A DNA stretch of 64,000 bases. Origin: Trueperaceae bacterium. Lineage in GTDB: Bacteria; Deinococcota; Deinococci; Deinococcales; Trueperaceae. The DNA is taken from the NCBI GenBank assembly GCA_965213925.1, contig OZ243927.1:3584001-3648000 (forward strand), written 5' to 3'. Made by a program: the position numbers and the translations under genes. This document shows positions 1 through 9,006 of the stretch, piece after piece (the stretch's first letter is position 1; every line of letters begins with the position of its first letter). The notes beneath the pieces were generated by a model. It worked only from the letters and a program-made list of their open reading frames with translations, ran no database searches and was not told the origin of the DNA.

Positions 1-16
1 TCGTTATACTGCGCAG

Positions 17-3000
17 GTGACGCTTCTTTTCGGGTTACTCGTCGGTCTAGGCTTAGGCTATGTGGGAGCGCGGCTGAGTCGCCAGTCCTTCAAATCCCAA
101 ATGAGTAAGAGCGCCGCGTCCCGCTTGCGGCGCATGCTCAAATGGAGCGAGCGACGCTACTCCGACCTCGAAAGTGCCGCGCAGCAGCAGCGGGCGCAGT
201 GGGCGCTTTTGGAGCAGGTGCGCGGGACCTTGGCGCGAGAACAAGAGCCCAGTCAAATCTTGAAGTGCGCCGCGGACGTCGTCGCCCGCGAAACGTCTTA
301 CCGAAGCGTAAGCATCTCGCTGGTCGAAGGTGATGTGCTCACCGCGCGTTACAGCGCGGGAAATATGGAGAGCGAAGGGGTGGTTTTTCAGCCTCTCCTC
401 TTTGACACCTTATGGCCAACCGAGACCGCAACCGAGCCGGTGGCGATCATGAAAACGGTACGGGCGTCCCCAACGACCCTCACCGAAGTCACCGTGCCGC
501 TCTTCGGTGGGCTGCGCATGATCGGCACGTTGAGCGTGCAAGGTCACGCCCTGACGCGACGAGACCGAGACCTCTTGAATGTGCTCGGTAAAGAGGTGAG
601 CACGGCCTTAGAGCGCTCGAGGCTCCTCGCCGACGTGCGCCAGAGCGAGGCGAACTTGCAAGACTTTTTGGATAACGCGAGCGACCTCATCCAGAGCGTC
701 TCACCCGACGGTCACTTCTTCTACGTCAACCGAACCTGGAAAGAGAAGCTCGGCTACAGCGACGCGGACTTGGCGCAGCTCACGCTCTTCCAACTGATTC
801 ACCCCGAGAGCAGGGCACACTGCGCCCGGATGTTCGAGCGCGTCCTAGCGGGAGAAGACGTCGGCATCGTCGAGGCGGTCTTCAGGGCGAAAGACGGGCG
901 GCGCGTGCGCGTGCGCGGCAACGTGAACTGCCGCTTTGAAGGCGGCGAACCCGTCGCGACGCGCAGCATCTTCCGCGATGTGACCGAAGCCGCCGAAGCG
1001 GAGGCGGCGCTGCGGCACTACCAGCGTCAGTTGGAGGAAAAAAACCGCCGCTTGGAGGTGCAGGGGCGCGACTTGGCGCGCTTGGCGGAGTTTCGCCAGG
1101 TCTTAGTCGCTTTCGTCAACGATACGTTGCGCGGCGGCGCGTTAGGCGAGGCGTTCTACCAGCAGCTTTTAGAGTGCGCGGTGCGCGCGATCCCGGGGGC
1201 GCAAGCGGGCAGCTTGCTGCTAGAGCGCAGCGCAGGTCAAGCGGGAGCGCCGCACATATCCGAACCACAGACGGACGAATACGCCTACGTCGCCGCGGTG
1301 GGGTACGATTTGAGCGCGCTGCAAGGGGTCACCTTCCAAGTGGAAGAACTCGCCTACCGGGGCGAGCCTCAGCCTCTCAACCATTACGACGAGGTCAATC
1401 ACACGCTAGGGGACGAGCGGCGGCAGATATTGGAGCGCGCCGGGCGCACGCGCGACATCGCCGTCTCGCTCAGCTTGCCCGTGCAGGTCGGCGGGCGCAC
1501 CCTCGCCTTTTTGAACCTGGACAACTTCGACGACCCGGCGGCGTTCAATCAGGAGACCGTCCAACTCACCGAGGCGTTCACCTCGCAAGTCGGCGTCTTG
1601 ATGACGCGGCTTAACTTAGAGGCTGAACTCCAGGTGCGGCAGCGTGACGTCGAACGCGCGAACCTCGAGCTAGCCCGCGCCGACCGCTTAAAGAGCGAAT
1701 TTTTAGCGAATATGTCCCACGAACTGCGCACGCCCCTAACCGCGATCATCGGCTTTTCCGAACTCTTAAAAGAGGAGCTGTTCGGTCCCCTCAACGAAAA
1801 GCAGACGAGTTACGTGAGGGATATTTTAGAGGCGGGTCATCACCTCTTAGCGCTGATTAACGACATCCTAGACCTCTCCAAAATCGAAGCCGGACAGATG
1901 GAGCTTGCGCCCGCCGAGGTGGACGTGACCGAGCTTTTAGAGGGCGTCTTGAGCGTGATCCGCGAACGGGCGAACAAAGCCGAGCTGACGCTTCACGCGG
2001 CGCTCCCGCCCGAACTGCCCCTCAGCGCCGATCCCCGCAAGCTCAAACAGGTGCTCTACAACCTGCTCTCGAACGCGGTGAAGTTTACGCCGCTCGGCGG
2101 CGAGGTTCACCTTTTGGTGGAGGAGCGCCCGGACGCCGTTTACTTCTTCGTTACGGATACGGGCATCGGCATCAGCGACGAGGACGTGGGGGGACTTTTT
2201 CAAGAATTTTCGCAGGTGGACAGCTCCTTGTCGCGTAGGCACGACGGCACCGGTTTGGGGCTCGCCCTCTCGAAGCGTCTCGTCGGGCTTCACGGCGGCT
2301 CGATTTGGGTGGAGAGCGAGGTGGGCAAGGGAAGCACCTTCGGGTTCGATATCCCCAAACAAGCCCGAGCAGCCTCGGCCAACCCACCCGTTATAAGACC
2401 AGGACGCCGCGCCCTCGTCGTCGAAGACGATGAACGCACCGCGAACTTGCTCTGCGCCTATCTGGAAACGGGCGGCTTCGAAGTTCTGCGGGCTGCGAAC
2501 GGTTTAGAAGGTACCAAACTTCTCAAACAGCACCGCCCCGACGTCGTCACTCTGGATATTATGATGCCCGTAATGAGCGGCTGGAGTTTTTTAGAAGTCC
2601 TGGAAAACGACGCAGACCTCGCCGCGACGCCCGTCGTTATCGTATCGGTCGTGGGTCATACGGTGGAAGATGAAACGCCGGGGGCGGCAGCGGCGCTCAA
2701 AAAGCCCGTCGAGCGCGAAGCGTTCTTGACGATGTTAAATCGCGTGTTGGAACAGAGCGAGCCGCCTTTCGCGTCATCCCGTTCGGGCGTGGCGACGGAT
2801 GAGGACGGCGACGCCGAAAGAAACGATACGGCGGGCGAGCAAGAGGTCGAGCGGACGCTCACTCGGGAACCGAACGCGTCAAACAAATCTTCAACCGACC
2901 GTCAGAAGAGAGGTCGGAGTGCGCGGGAGGTCTTGGAACATTTAGCCGCCACCCACCCCGACTTGAAAGTTTTAGACCTCGAGCTACCAGCCGCCGGCGA

Positions 3001-3088
3001 ACCTCACCGGCGTAGCAACCCACCCGTCACGGTCTTGTCACAGGCTGAGGACGCTGCGCGCCCCAAAACGGAACCTACTCAGAACTAA
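17..3088 (+). CDS. Hybrid sensor histidine kinase (TM-GAF-PAS-GAF-HisKA-HATPase-REC)
   Basis: H-box FLANMSHELRTPL, N-box NLLSNAVKFT, G1 DTGIGI, G2 GTGLGL; PAS (FFYVNRTWKEKLGYS..IHPE); receiver (LVVEDD..TLDIMMP); TATACT 6 nt before the GTG. Confidence 0.93.
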   Translation: MTLLFGLLVGLGLGYVGARLSRQSFKSQMSKSAASRLRRMLKWSERRYSDLESAAQQQRAQWALLEQVRGTLAREQEPSQILKCAADVVARETSYRSVSISLVEGDVLTARYSAGNMESEGVVFQPLLFDTLWPTETATEPVAIMKTVRASPTTLTEVTVPLFGGLRMIGTLSVQGHALTRRDRDLLNVLGKEVSTALERSRLLADVRQSEANLQDFLDNASDLIQSVSPDGHFFYVNRTWKEKLGYSDADLAQLTLFQLIHPESRAHCARMFERVLAGEDVGIVEAVFRAKDGRRVRVRGNVNCRFEGGEPVATRSIFRDVTEAAEAEAALRHYQRQLEEKNRRLEVQGRDLARLAEFRQVLVAFVNDTLRGGALGEAFYQQLLECAVRAIPGAQAGSLLLERSAGQAGAPHISEPQTDEYAYVAAVGYDLSALQGVTFQVEELAYRGEPQPLNHYDEVNHTLGDERRQILERAGRTRDIAVSLSLPVQVGGRTLAFLNLDNFDDPAAFNQETVQLTEAFTSQVGVLMTRLNLEAELQVRQRDVERANLELARADRLKSEFLANMSHELRTPLTAIIGFSELLKEELFGPLNEKQTSYVRDILEAGHHLLALINDILDLSKIEAGQMELAPAEVDVTELLEGVLSVIRERANKAELTLHAALPPELPLSADPRKLKQVLYNLLSNAVKFTPLGGEVHLLVEERPDAVYFFVTDTGIGISDEDVGGLFQEFSQVDSSLSRRHDGTGLGLALSKRLVGLHGGSIWVESEVGKGSTFGFDIPKQARAASANPPVIRPGRRALVVEDDERTANLLCAYLETGGFEVLRAANGLEGTKLLKQHRPDVVTLDIMMPVMSGWSFLEVLENDADLAATPVVIVSVVGHTVEDETPGAAAALKKPVEREAFLTMLNRVLEQSEPPFASSRSGVATDEDGDAERNDTAGEQEVERTLTREPNASNKSSTDRQKRGRSAREVLEHLAATHPDLKVLDLELPAAGEPHRRSNPPVTVLSQAEDAARPKTEPTQN

Positions 3089-3105
3089 AGCGAGCGTGAG
3101 CCTTC

Positions 3106-3483
3106 ATGACTACCCCTAGCCTTCTCATCGTGGACGACAACGAGCTTAACTTGCGCCTTCTCAACGACGTGCTCTCGACGAGAGGCTATGACATCACGCT
3201 GGCGAGGAGCGGCGAAGAAGCCCTCGCAGAGGCGCGGCGTAACGCTTTCGACCTCATCTTGATGGACGTGCAGATGCCGGGCATGAGCGGCACCGAAGCG
3301 ATGCAGGCCCTTAGGCGCGACCCAGCGTGGGACAACGCCCCGATTTTAGCCGTAACCGCGCTCGCGATGCAAGGGGACGAAACGCAGCTTTTAGACGCGG
3401 GGTTCGACGGCTATATAAGTAAACCTATCGCGTATAAAACAATACTCAGTACGGTCGCGTCGTATTTGCAGCCCTACGCTTAG
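3106..3483 (+). CDS. Single-domain response regulator (DivK/CheY-like)
   Basis: LIVDDN..LILMDVQMP..VTA..GYISKP; 17 bp downstream of the kinase. Confidence 0.92.
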   Translation: MTTPSLLIVDDNELNLRLLNDVLSTRGYDITLARSGEEALAEARRNAFDLILMDVQMPGMSGTEAMQALRRDPAWDNAPILAVTALAMQGDETQLLDAGFDGYISKPIAYKTILSTVASYLQPYA

Positions 3484-3511
3484 AGCGTCCGCACAAGCAA
3501 TTGACCGAGCC

Positions 3512-4321
3512 TCAAAACTCCGACTCAGGCAGGTCTAGGTGATTCAAAAGCTGCGCCGCTACCCCGATCGCGATGGCTTGCGGGCTCTTGCCAGGCACTT
3601 CGGGTAAGCCGATGGGCGTGGTGACGCGCGCCAAGTCCTCTTCGGAAAGCTCATGTGCGAGGAGTTCGCGCCTGAAGTGCTGCCACTTCACCGCACTCCC
3701 GATAAGACCAACGAAGCCAAACCTGCGCTCTTTATCCTGCCTCAGCGCCGTCTCGACAATCGCCAAATCCTCGGCGTGGTCGTGGGTGAGGACGAGGAGG
3801 TGCGAGCCAACGGGCAGCGTTTCTAAAACGGTTTCGGGCACCTCGGCGTGGGCGAGGTGAACCTCGGCGTGAAGAGGTGCGGGAAGTTCCCTCTCTAACT
3901 GAGCGGACCTCGAGTCCACCACGTGAAGCTCAATAGGCAGCGTACCGAGAACCTGCACGAGCGCCCAGCCGACATGCCCCGCTCCGAAGATCGCGACGGT
4001 TGGGCGCTTTGGATAGATAGGCTCAAGTAAAAGCGTCACCTCGCCGCCGCAGCACTGCACGCCGTAGTCGCCGCCCTTCGGATTGAGCGTCACAGACATC
4101 ATCTCGGGCGTCGCCCGCTTTTCACAGAGGTACGCCCTAGAGGTCTCTACCGCGCTCCTCTCCAAGTTGCCGCCGCCGACGCTGCCGCAAATCTCATTTT
4201 GAGTGACAATCATCTTGCTACCCGCACCTCTCGGGGCGTGACCGCGCACGGCTGCGACAGTGACCACAACGAAAGACTCGCGCTGCTGCTCGAGCCTGAC
4301 GAGGTGTTGAAGCCAGGTCAT
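3512..4321 (-). CDS. xdhC: Xanthine dehydrogenase accessory protein XdhC
   Basis: GHAPRGAGSKM, GSVGGGNLE, QCCGG, IFGAGHVG, THDHAED, GLIGS..K, PIG motifs; downstream of xdhAB. Confidence 0.92.
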   Translation of the reverse strand: MTWLQHLVRLEQQRESFVVVTVAAVRGHAPRGAGSKMIVTQNEICGSVGGGNLERSAVETSRAYLCEKRATPEMMSVTLNPKGGDYGVQCCGGEVTLLLEPIYPKRPTVAIFGAGHVGWALVQVLGTLPIELHVVDSRSAQLERELPAPLHAEVHLAHAEVPETVLETLPVGSHLLVLTHDHAEDLAIVETALRQDKERRFGFVGLIGSAVKWQHFRRELLAHELSEEDLARVTTPIGLPEVPGKSPQAIAIGVAAQLLNHLDLPESEF

Positions 4322-4542
4322 GTGAACCGCTCAGGATCGGCCCACTCACTGCTGGCTAAAACCTGCTTGGGAAGCTCATCGAGCGCTTTTTGAGGACCCT
4401 CAACGTTGAACATATTCACGCAGCACCCGCAGCCCAAGTTTTCGGAGTAGTCTAGATGCGCCTCCCACTTCTCGAGCCACCCCTCGACGGCTTCAACCTC
4501 TTCTGGAAAATCGATTTGAGCTATAATCGTCGCTTTTGGCAC
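4318..4542 (-). CDS. Small acidic hypothetical protein with GCGCC motif
   Basis: 74-aa ORF tightly packed between the DinB gene and xdhC (ATGA-type overlap with xdhC). Confidence 0.6.
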   Translation of the reverse strand: MPKATIIAQIDFPEEVEAVEGWLEKWEAHLDYSENLGCGCCVNMFNVEGPQKALDELPKQVLASSEWADPERFT

Positions 4543-4543
4543 G

Positions 4544-5083
4544 TCAACCTCTCGGGGCGGTGCTCGGCTGCACCCTCAGCTGCTTGCGAATCACGCGAAT
4601 CTGCCCCCGGTGGTTGACCTCGTCTTCCAAAACGTGAAACCACTTCCAGTGGTTGTTGACCCAGCCGATGTCCCACGTGGTCCCCTCTTGGAGCCAGGTG
4701 TCGTCTCGAGCGGCGAAAGCGGTCAGGGTCCGGGCGCGTGTTGCGGCGAGATGCTCGAGGTAATAAGGTAAATCGTGACCACGAACCTCTCTGCGTCCGC
4801 GCTCACCGAGCCCGCCGACTTTCCAGCGCGCTTTTTGTTCGTCAGAGAGAGTGACTTCTGGAAGTGTATCGTTCTGGTAGTACATCTCGACGGCGGCGAT
4901 GTGCTCTAAGAGCATCCCAACCGAATTCCCCTCTTCGAAGAGGTGCGCGTCGAGGTCCTCCTGGCTGAGCCCTTTCACCGCTTGCAAAGTGGTGAGTCGC
5001 GCGTAGTTCATCATGTAAGCCAAACGGCTGATGTGAGGCGTGAAGCCGTTCAAGTCCGTAAAAGCATAAGGATTATCGATCAT
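4544..5083 (-). CDS. DinB/YfiT-family putative metal-dependent thiol transferase
   Basis: NSVGMLLEHIAAVE and FHVLEDEVNHRGQI motifs. Confidence 0.85.
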   Translation of the reverse strand: MIDNPYAFTDLNGFTPHISRLAYMMNYARLTTLQAVKGLSQEDLDAHLFEEGNSVGMLLEHIAAVEMYYQNDTLPEVTLSDEQKARWKVGGLGERGRREVRGHDLPYYLEHLAATRARTLTAFAARDDTWLQEGTTWDIGWVNNHWKWFHVLEDEVNHRGQIRVIRKQLRVQPSTAPRG

Positions 5084-5097
5084 CAGCCACCTCTTAC

Positions 5098-7446
5098 TCA
5101 GTCACCGGGGACGAGCGTCTTGGCCTCGGTTAGGGACCGCACCGCTTCAACTGCCTCTAAAACCGCTTCCGGCGTCGCAGGCGAGGCGAGCGCGACCTCT
5201 CCCCCATCCCCAAACGCCGCCACCGCCTCTTTGAGCGCGGCACGAACCGAGAGCGCTAACATAAAGGGCGGCTCCCCCACCGCTTTCGAGCCGTAGATGG
5301 TTCCGTCTTGCGCGGCGCGTTCTAAGAGGTGAACGTTGAATGTCTTGGGTACTTCGCTGATGGTCGGAATCTTGTACGTGCTCGGCGCACTCGTTAGAAA
5401 GCGTCCTTCGTCGTCCCAGACGAGTTCTTCAGTGGTGAGCCAGCCCAAGCCCTGCACGAAACCGCCTTCGATCTGCCCTCTGTCTACGAGCGGGTTCAAA
5501 GACGCGCCCACGTCGTGGACGATGTCTATTCGTCTGAGCTTGTACTGACCCGTAAAGCCGTCCACCTCGACCTCGCTGACCGCTGCGCCGAAAGCGTAGT
5601 AGGCGAAGGGGCGACCTCTCCCCTTTTCGGCGTCGTAGTGGAGGTTCGGCGTGCGGTAGTAGCCTGCGGCGAAGAGCGGGATTTGCTCCAAGTACGCCCG
5701 CTGCACCGCTTCGGAAAACGACACACGCTCGCTCGGTGCGCCCGGATTGTAGATGAAGTCGTCCTCGAAAACCAAATCCTCGGGCGCGTTGAGCCCTAGC
5801 ATGGTCGCCGCCACCTCTGCCAAGCGTGAGCGCAGCGTCCCGCACGCCTCTTTGACCGCCTGCCCGTTGAGGTCGCTGCCGCTGCTCGCCGCCGTCGGTG
5901 AGGTGTTAGGTATTTTATCCGTCGCGGTGGGCATCTGCCGAAAGCGAGAGGTGGAGACGCCTAGCGTCTTCGCTGCGACCTGGAGCATCTTCGTGTGAAG
6001 CCCTTGCCCCATCTCCGTGCCGCCGTGATTGAGCTGAATGCTCCCGTCTAGGTAGATAAGGACCAACGCGCCCGCTTGGTTCATCGGCGTGTTGGTAAAC
6101 GAAATGCCGAACTTGACAGGTAAAACGGCTAAGCCGCGTTTTTTGAAGGGGTTTGCGGTGTTGAAGCTCGAGACCTCTTCCTTACGCCGCTCAAAATCCG
6201 CTACGTCTCTCGCTTCGTCCCACACACGCCGGATGCGGTTGCCGATGACCTCTTGACCGTAGTGCGTCGTGTTCGCCTCGCGCTCCGCCTCGACGAGCCT
6301 ATTACCCTCTTTATAGAAGTTGCGCCCCCTCACCGCTTCAGGGGAGAGGTTCAAGCTCCGCGCTACGCGGTCTATGACCTCTTCTACGACGAGCATCCCT
6401 TGGGGACCGCCGAAGCCGCGAAACGCCGTCTGCGAGGTTTTGTTCGTCTTGGCGACGTGCCCCGTGACCTCTAAGTGCGGCACGAAGTAGCAGTTGTCGA
6501 TATGGAACATCGCGCGGCCCATCACAGGCGCGGAGAGGTCAGAGCACCAGCCGCCGTCACTGGTGAGATTGACGCTCAGCGCAGTGAGCCGCCCCTCGTC
6601 CGTGAAGCCGACCTTGTAACGTCCTAAAAAGGGGTGGCGCTTGCCCGTCATCACCATGTCCTGCTCGCGGCTTAGGCGCACACGCACGCTCTTCCCCGTT
6701 TTCTGTGCGGCTAGCGCCGCCACCGCCGCGTAGGGGTTCGCCTGCGACTCCTTGCCGCCGAAGCCGCCGCCCATACGCAGACAGGTCACGACGACCTGGT
6801 TGCGCGGCACGCCTAAGACCTTGGCGACCACGCTTTGCGTCTCGGTAGGGTGCTGCGTCGAGGAGACGACGTGGGTGTAGCCCTCCGCGTCTACGGACGC
6901 CCAACTGGTTTGGGTCTCCAAGTAAAAATGGTCTTGCCCGCCAATAAAGATTTCGCCCTGCAAGGTTCGCGCGGACCTCTTGAGCCCCCCTTGCGGGTCG
7001 CCGCGCCGGATGATTTGGGGAGTTCCGTGAAAGGAATCGGAGGCGATAGCGGCTTCTACTGTTAGAAGAGGTTCCAACGCTTCGTATTCGACTATGACCT
7101 CTTGCGCCCCATTTCGCGCCGCCCCATCGTCCTCGGCGATGACCCATACGACAGGCTGTCCCCAATAGAAAACTTCGTCTACGGGCAGCAAGACCTCATC
7201 AAAGTTATGACCGCTCGAGTCGTTCTCCCCCGTCACATCTTCATGCGTCAGGACGGTGACGACGCCGGGACACTCGTACACGTTTGACACGTCGAGACTG
7301 ACAATCCGCGCTCTCGCATGAGGGGAGAGAACCGGGTACGCCGTGAGCATCCCTTGCGTGCGCGGCTGGTCGTCTGTATAGACTGCTCGCCCGCTCACGT
7401 GATGGTGGGCGCTCTCGTGGCGCTTTTCTTTGCCCTGTTTGCTCAC
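5098..7446 (-). CDS. xdhB: Xanthine dehydrogenase molybdopterin-binding subunit
   Basis: HFYLE, STQHP, RMGGGFGGKESQ, AFRGFGGPQG, GGTEMGQG, SKAVGEPP. Confidence 0.96.
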   Translation of the reverse strand: MSKQGKEKRHESAHHHVSGRAVYTDDQPRTQGMLTAYPVLSPHARARIVSLDVSNVYECPGVVTVLTHEDVTGENDSSGHNFDEVLLPVDEVFYWGQPVVWVIAEDDGAARNGAQEVIVEYEALEPLLTVEAAIASDSFHGTPQIIRRGDPQGGLKRSARTLQGEIFIGGQDHFYLETQTSWASVDAEGYTHVVSSTQHPTETQSVVAKVLGVPRNQVVVTCLRMGGGFGGKESQANPYAAVAALAAQKTGKSVRVRLSREQDMVMTGKRHPFLGRYKVGFTDEGRLTALSVNLTSDGGWCSDLSAPVMGRAMFHIDNCYFVPHLEVTGHVAKTNKTSQTAFRGFGGPQGMLVVEEVIDRVARSLNLSPEAVRGRNFYKEGNRLVEAEREANTTHYGQEVIGNRIRRVWDEARDVADFERRKEEVSSFNTANPFKKRGLAVLPVKFGISFTNTPMNQAGALVLIYLDGSIQLNHGGTEMGQGLHTKMLQVAAKTLGVSTSRFRQMPTATDKIPNTSPTAASSGSDLNGQAVKEACGTLRSRLAEVAATMLGLNAPEDLVFEDDFIYNPGAPSERVSFSEAVQRAYLEQIPLFAAGYYRTPNLHYDAEKGRGRPFAYYAFGAAVSEVEVDGFTGQYKLRRIDIVHDVGASLNPLVDRGQIEGGFVQGLGWLTTEELVWDDEGRFLTSAPSTYKIPTISEVPKTFNVHLLERAAQDGTIYGSKAVGEPPFMLALSVRAALKEAVAAFGDGGEVALASPATPEAVLEAVEAVRSLTEAKTLVPGD

Positions 7447-8831
7447 GCGGCGACTTTCCCGAGAGAACTGCTGAACTCGTAGAAAAACTTTTCGAAAAGG
7501 TTGCTTATGAGCCTGTTTCGGTACGCCGCGCTGCCGCGCAGGTCGTCGATCGGCGCAAAGGTCGTTCTCAAGACCTCTTTGACCTCTCTCACCGTTTGGA
7601 CGTTCCAGGGTTGACCGCTTAGCGCCTCTTCAGCCGCAACCGCTCGCATAGGCGTCGCCGCGACCCCGCCGTAAGCGAGCCTCGAGTGGACCACATACCC
7701 TTCGTTATCTACATCCACCGTAAACGCCGCCGCCACGATGCTGATATCATCTGCGCCTCGCTTGCCCACTTTATAGGCTTGGCTCAAACGTTTGGCTGCA
7801 CCGCCCCTGACCTCTTTAGGAATCCGCACTGAGACGATAACTTCGCCTGGCTCTAAACTCGTTTGGCGGTAGGCTTTGAAAAACTCGGCAATGGGAACAA
7901 TACGCTCGCCTTCTGCACCTGCAAGTTTAAGCTCCGCGTCTAAGGCGAGTAGCACCGGGGGCAAATCACCAATCGGTGACGCTGTGCCCAAATTGCCCCC
8001 TAACGTCGCCCGGTTGCGAATCTGCCGCGCGGCGAACCAGCGGAGCATTTCGTCTAGGGCAGGGAACATGCCTTTGCATTCTTTTTCGATTTGGGTGAGA
8101 GGGGTGGCTGCACCTAGCTCGAGATAGCTAGAGGTAGCATCTATAGTCTTTAGCTCCCCGACCTCTTCTAAAGAGATGAGTACAGGAAATTCGCGGTGAA
8201 ACTTGTTGATTTCCACGCCCAAATCCGTACCCCCTGCGATGAGCTTGGCGTCTGAATGCTCCGCCATGAGCGAGAAGACCTCTTGTAGGCTCGAGGGGCG
8301 GAAGAAGCGTTTCTCACCACACTGATAAGCGGTTGAGAGGTGAGAGGAAGGCGTCGGACGCTGTGAAGAGGGAATTTCTAGCGCAGGGTCTAACCGCTCC
8401 ATCGCTCGGCGGATCGGCAAGTACCCTGTGCAGCGGCACAAGTTCCCCTCGATCGCCTCGTCATTCAGCTCGCCGTTACTCTGCGCCGCGACCATGCTCA
8501 TGATAAAACCCGGCGTGCAGTAGCCACACTGCGAGCCGCCCGTCTCGACCATCGCTCGTTGCACAGGGTGAAGTTCGCCGTTGGCGACGCCCTCCACCGT
8601 CAAGAGGTCTTTATTCATTACCGACGCGAGCGGAACTAAGCAGCTATTGACAGCCTGAACGCGCTCACCCCCCCGAATCACTACCGTGCACGCGCCGCAG
8701 TCCCCTTCGGCGCAGCCCTCCTTCGTGCCGACATCCCCACGCTGCCGTAAAAAGGTGAGCAGAGGCGTGGTGGGCGAAACGCCCGTCACCTTCTCCTCTT
8801 TGCCGTTGATCGTTAGCGTGAATTCAGTCAT
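7443..8831 (-). CDS. xdhA: Xanthine dehydrogenase 2Fe-2S/FAD subunit
   Basis: GTKEGCAEGDCGAC, QCGYCTPG, GNLCRCTGY, AGGTDLG, QIRNRATLGGN. Confidence 0.96.
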   Translation of the reverse strand: MTEFTLTINGKEEKVTGVSPTTPLLTFLRQRGDVGTKEGCAEGDCGACTVVIRGGERVQAVNSCLVPLASVMNKDLLTVEGVANGELHPVQRAMVETGGSQCGYCTPGFIMSMVAAQSNGELNDEAIEGNLCRCTGYLPIRRAMERLDPALEIPSSQRPTPSSHLSTAYQCGEKRFFRPSSLQEVFSLMAEHSDAKLIAGGTDLGVEINKFHREFPVLISLEEVGELKTIDATSSYLELGAATPLTQIEKECKGMFPALDEMLRWFAARQIRNRATLGGNLGTASPIGDLPPVLLALDAELKLAGAEGERIVPIAEFFKAYRQTSLEPGEVIVSVRIPKEVRGGAAKRLSQAYKVGKRGADDISIVAAAFTVDVDNEGYVVHSRLAYGGVAATPMRAVAAEEALSGQPWNVQTVREVKEVLRTTFAPIDDLRGSAAYRNRLISNLFEKFFYEFSSSLGKVAA

Positions 8832-9006
8832 TTAGGCTCCGGTGGGTTTAAGAAGGTATAGAAAAGTTGTGAGGGAAAGGGCTCGAGATGTGCAGGACTG
8901 ATGTGCCTTACTCAATTCCGCTAAGCAAGGTCGAATTCACCTATTTTAGCAGGTTCAGAGCGTGGGCTCTATGAGCTTTTGGGAGAACTCGAAAAGTAGA
9001 GAAAGT

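Noticed and set aside
8832..9006. Possible purine/xanthine or Moco riboswitch upstream of xdhA
   Set aside because: No recognisable consensus; only a TAAAAT -10-like box and weak pairing
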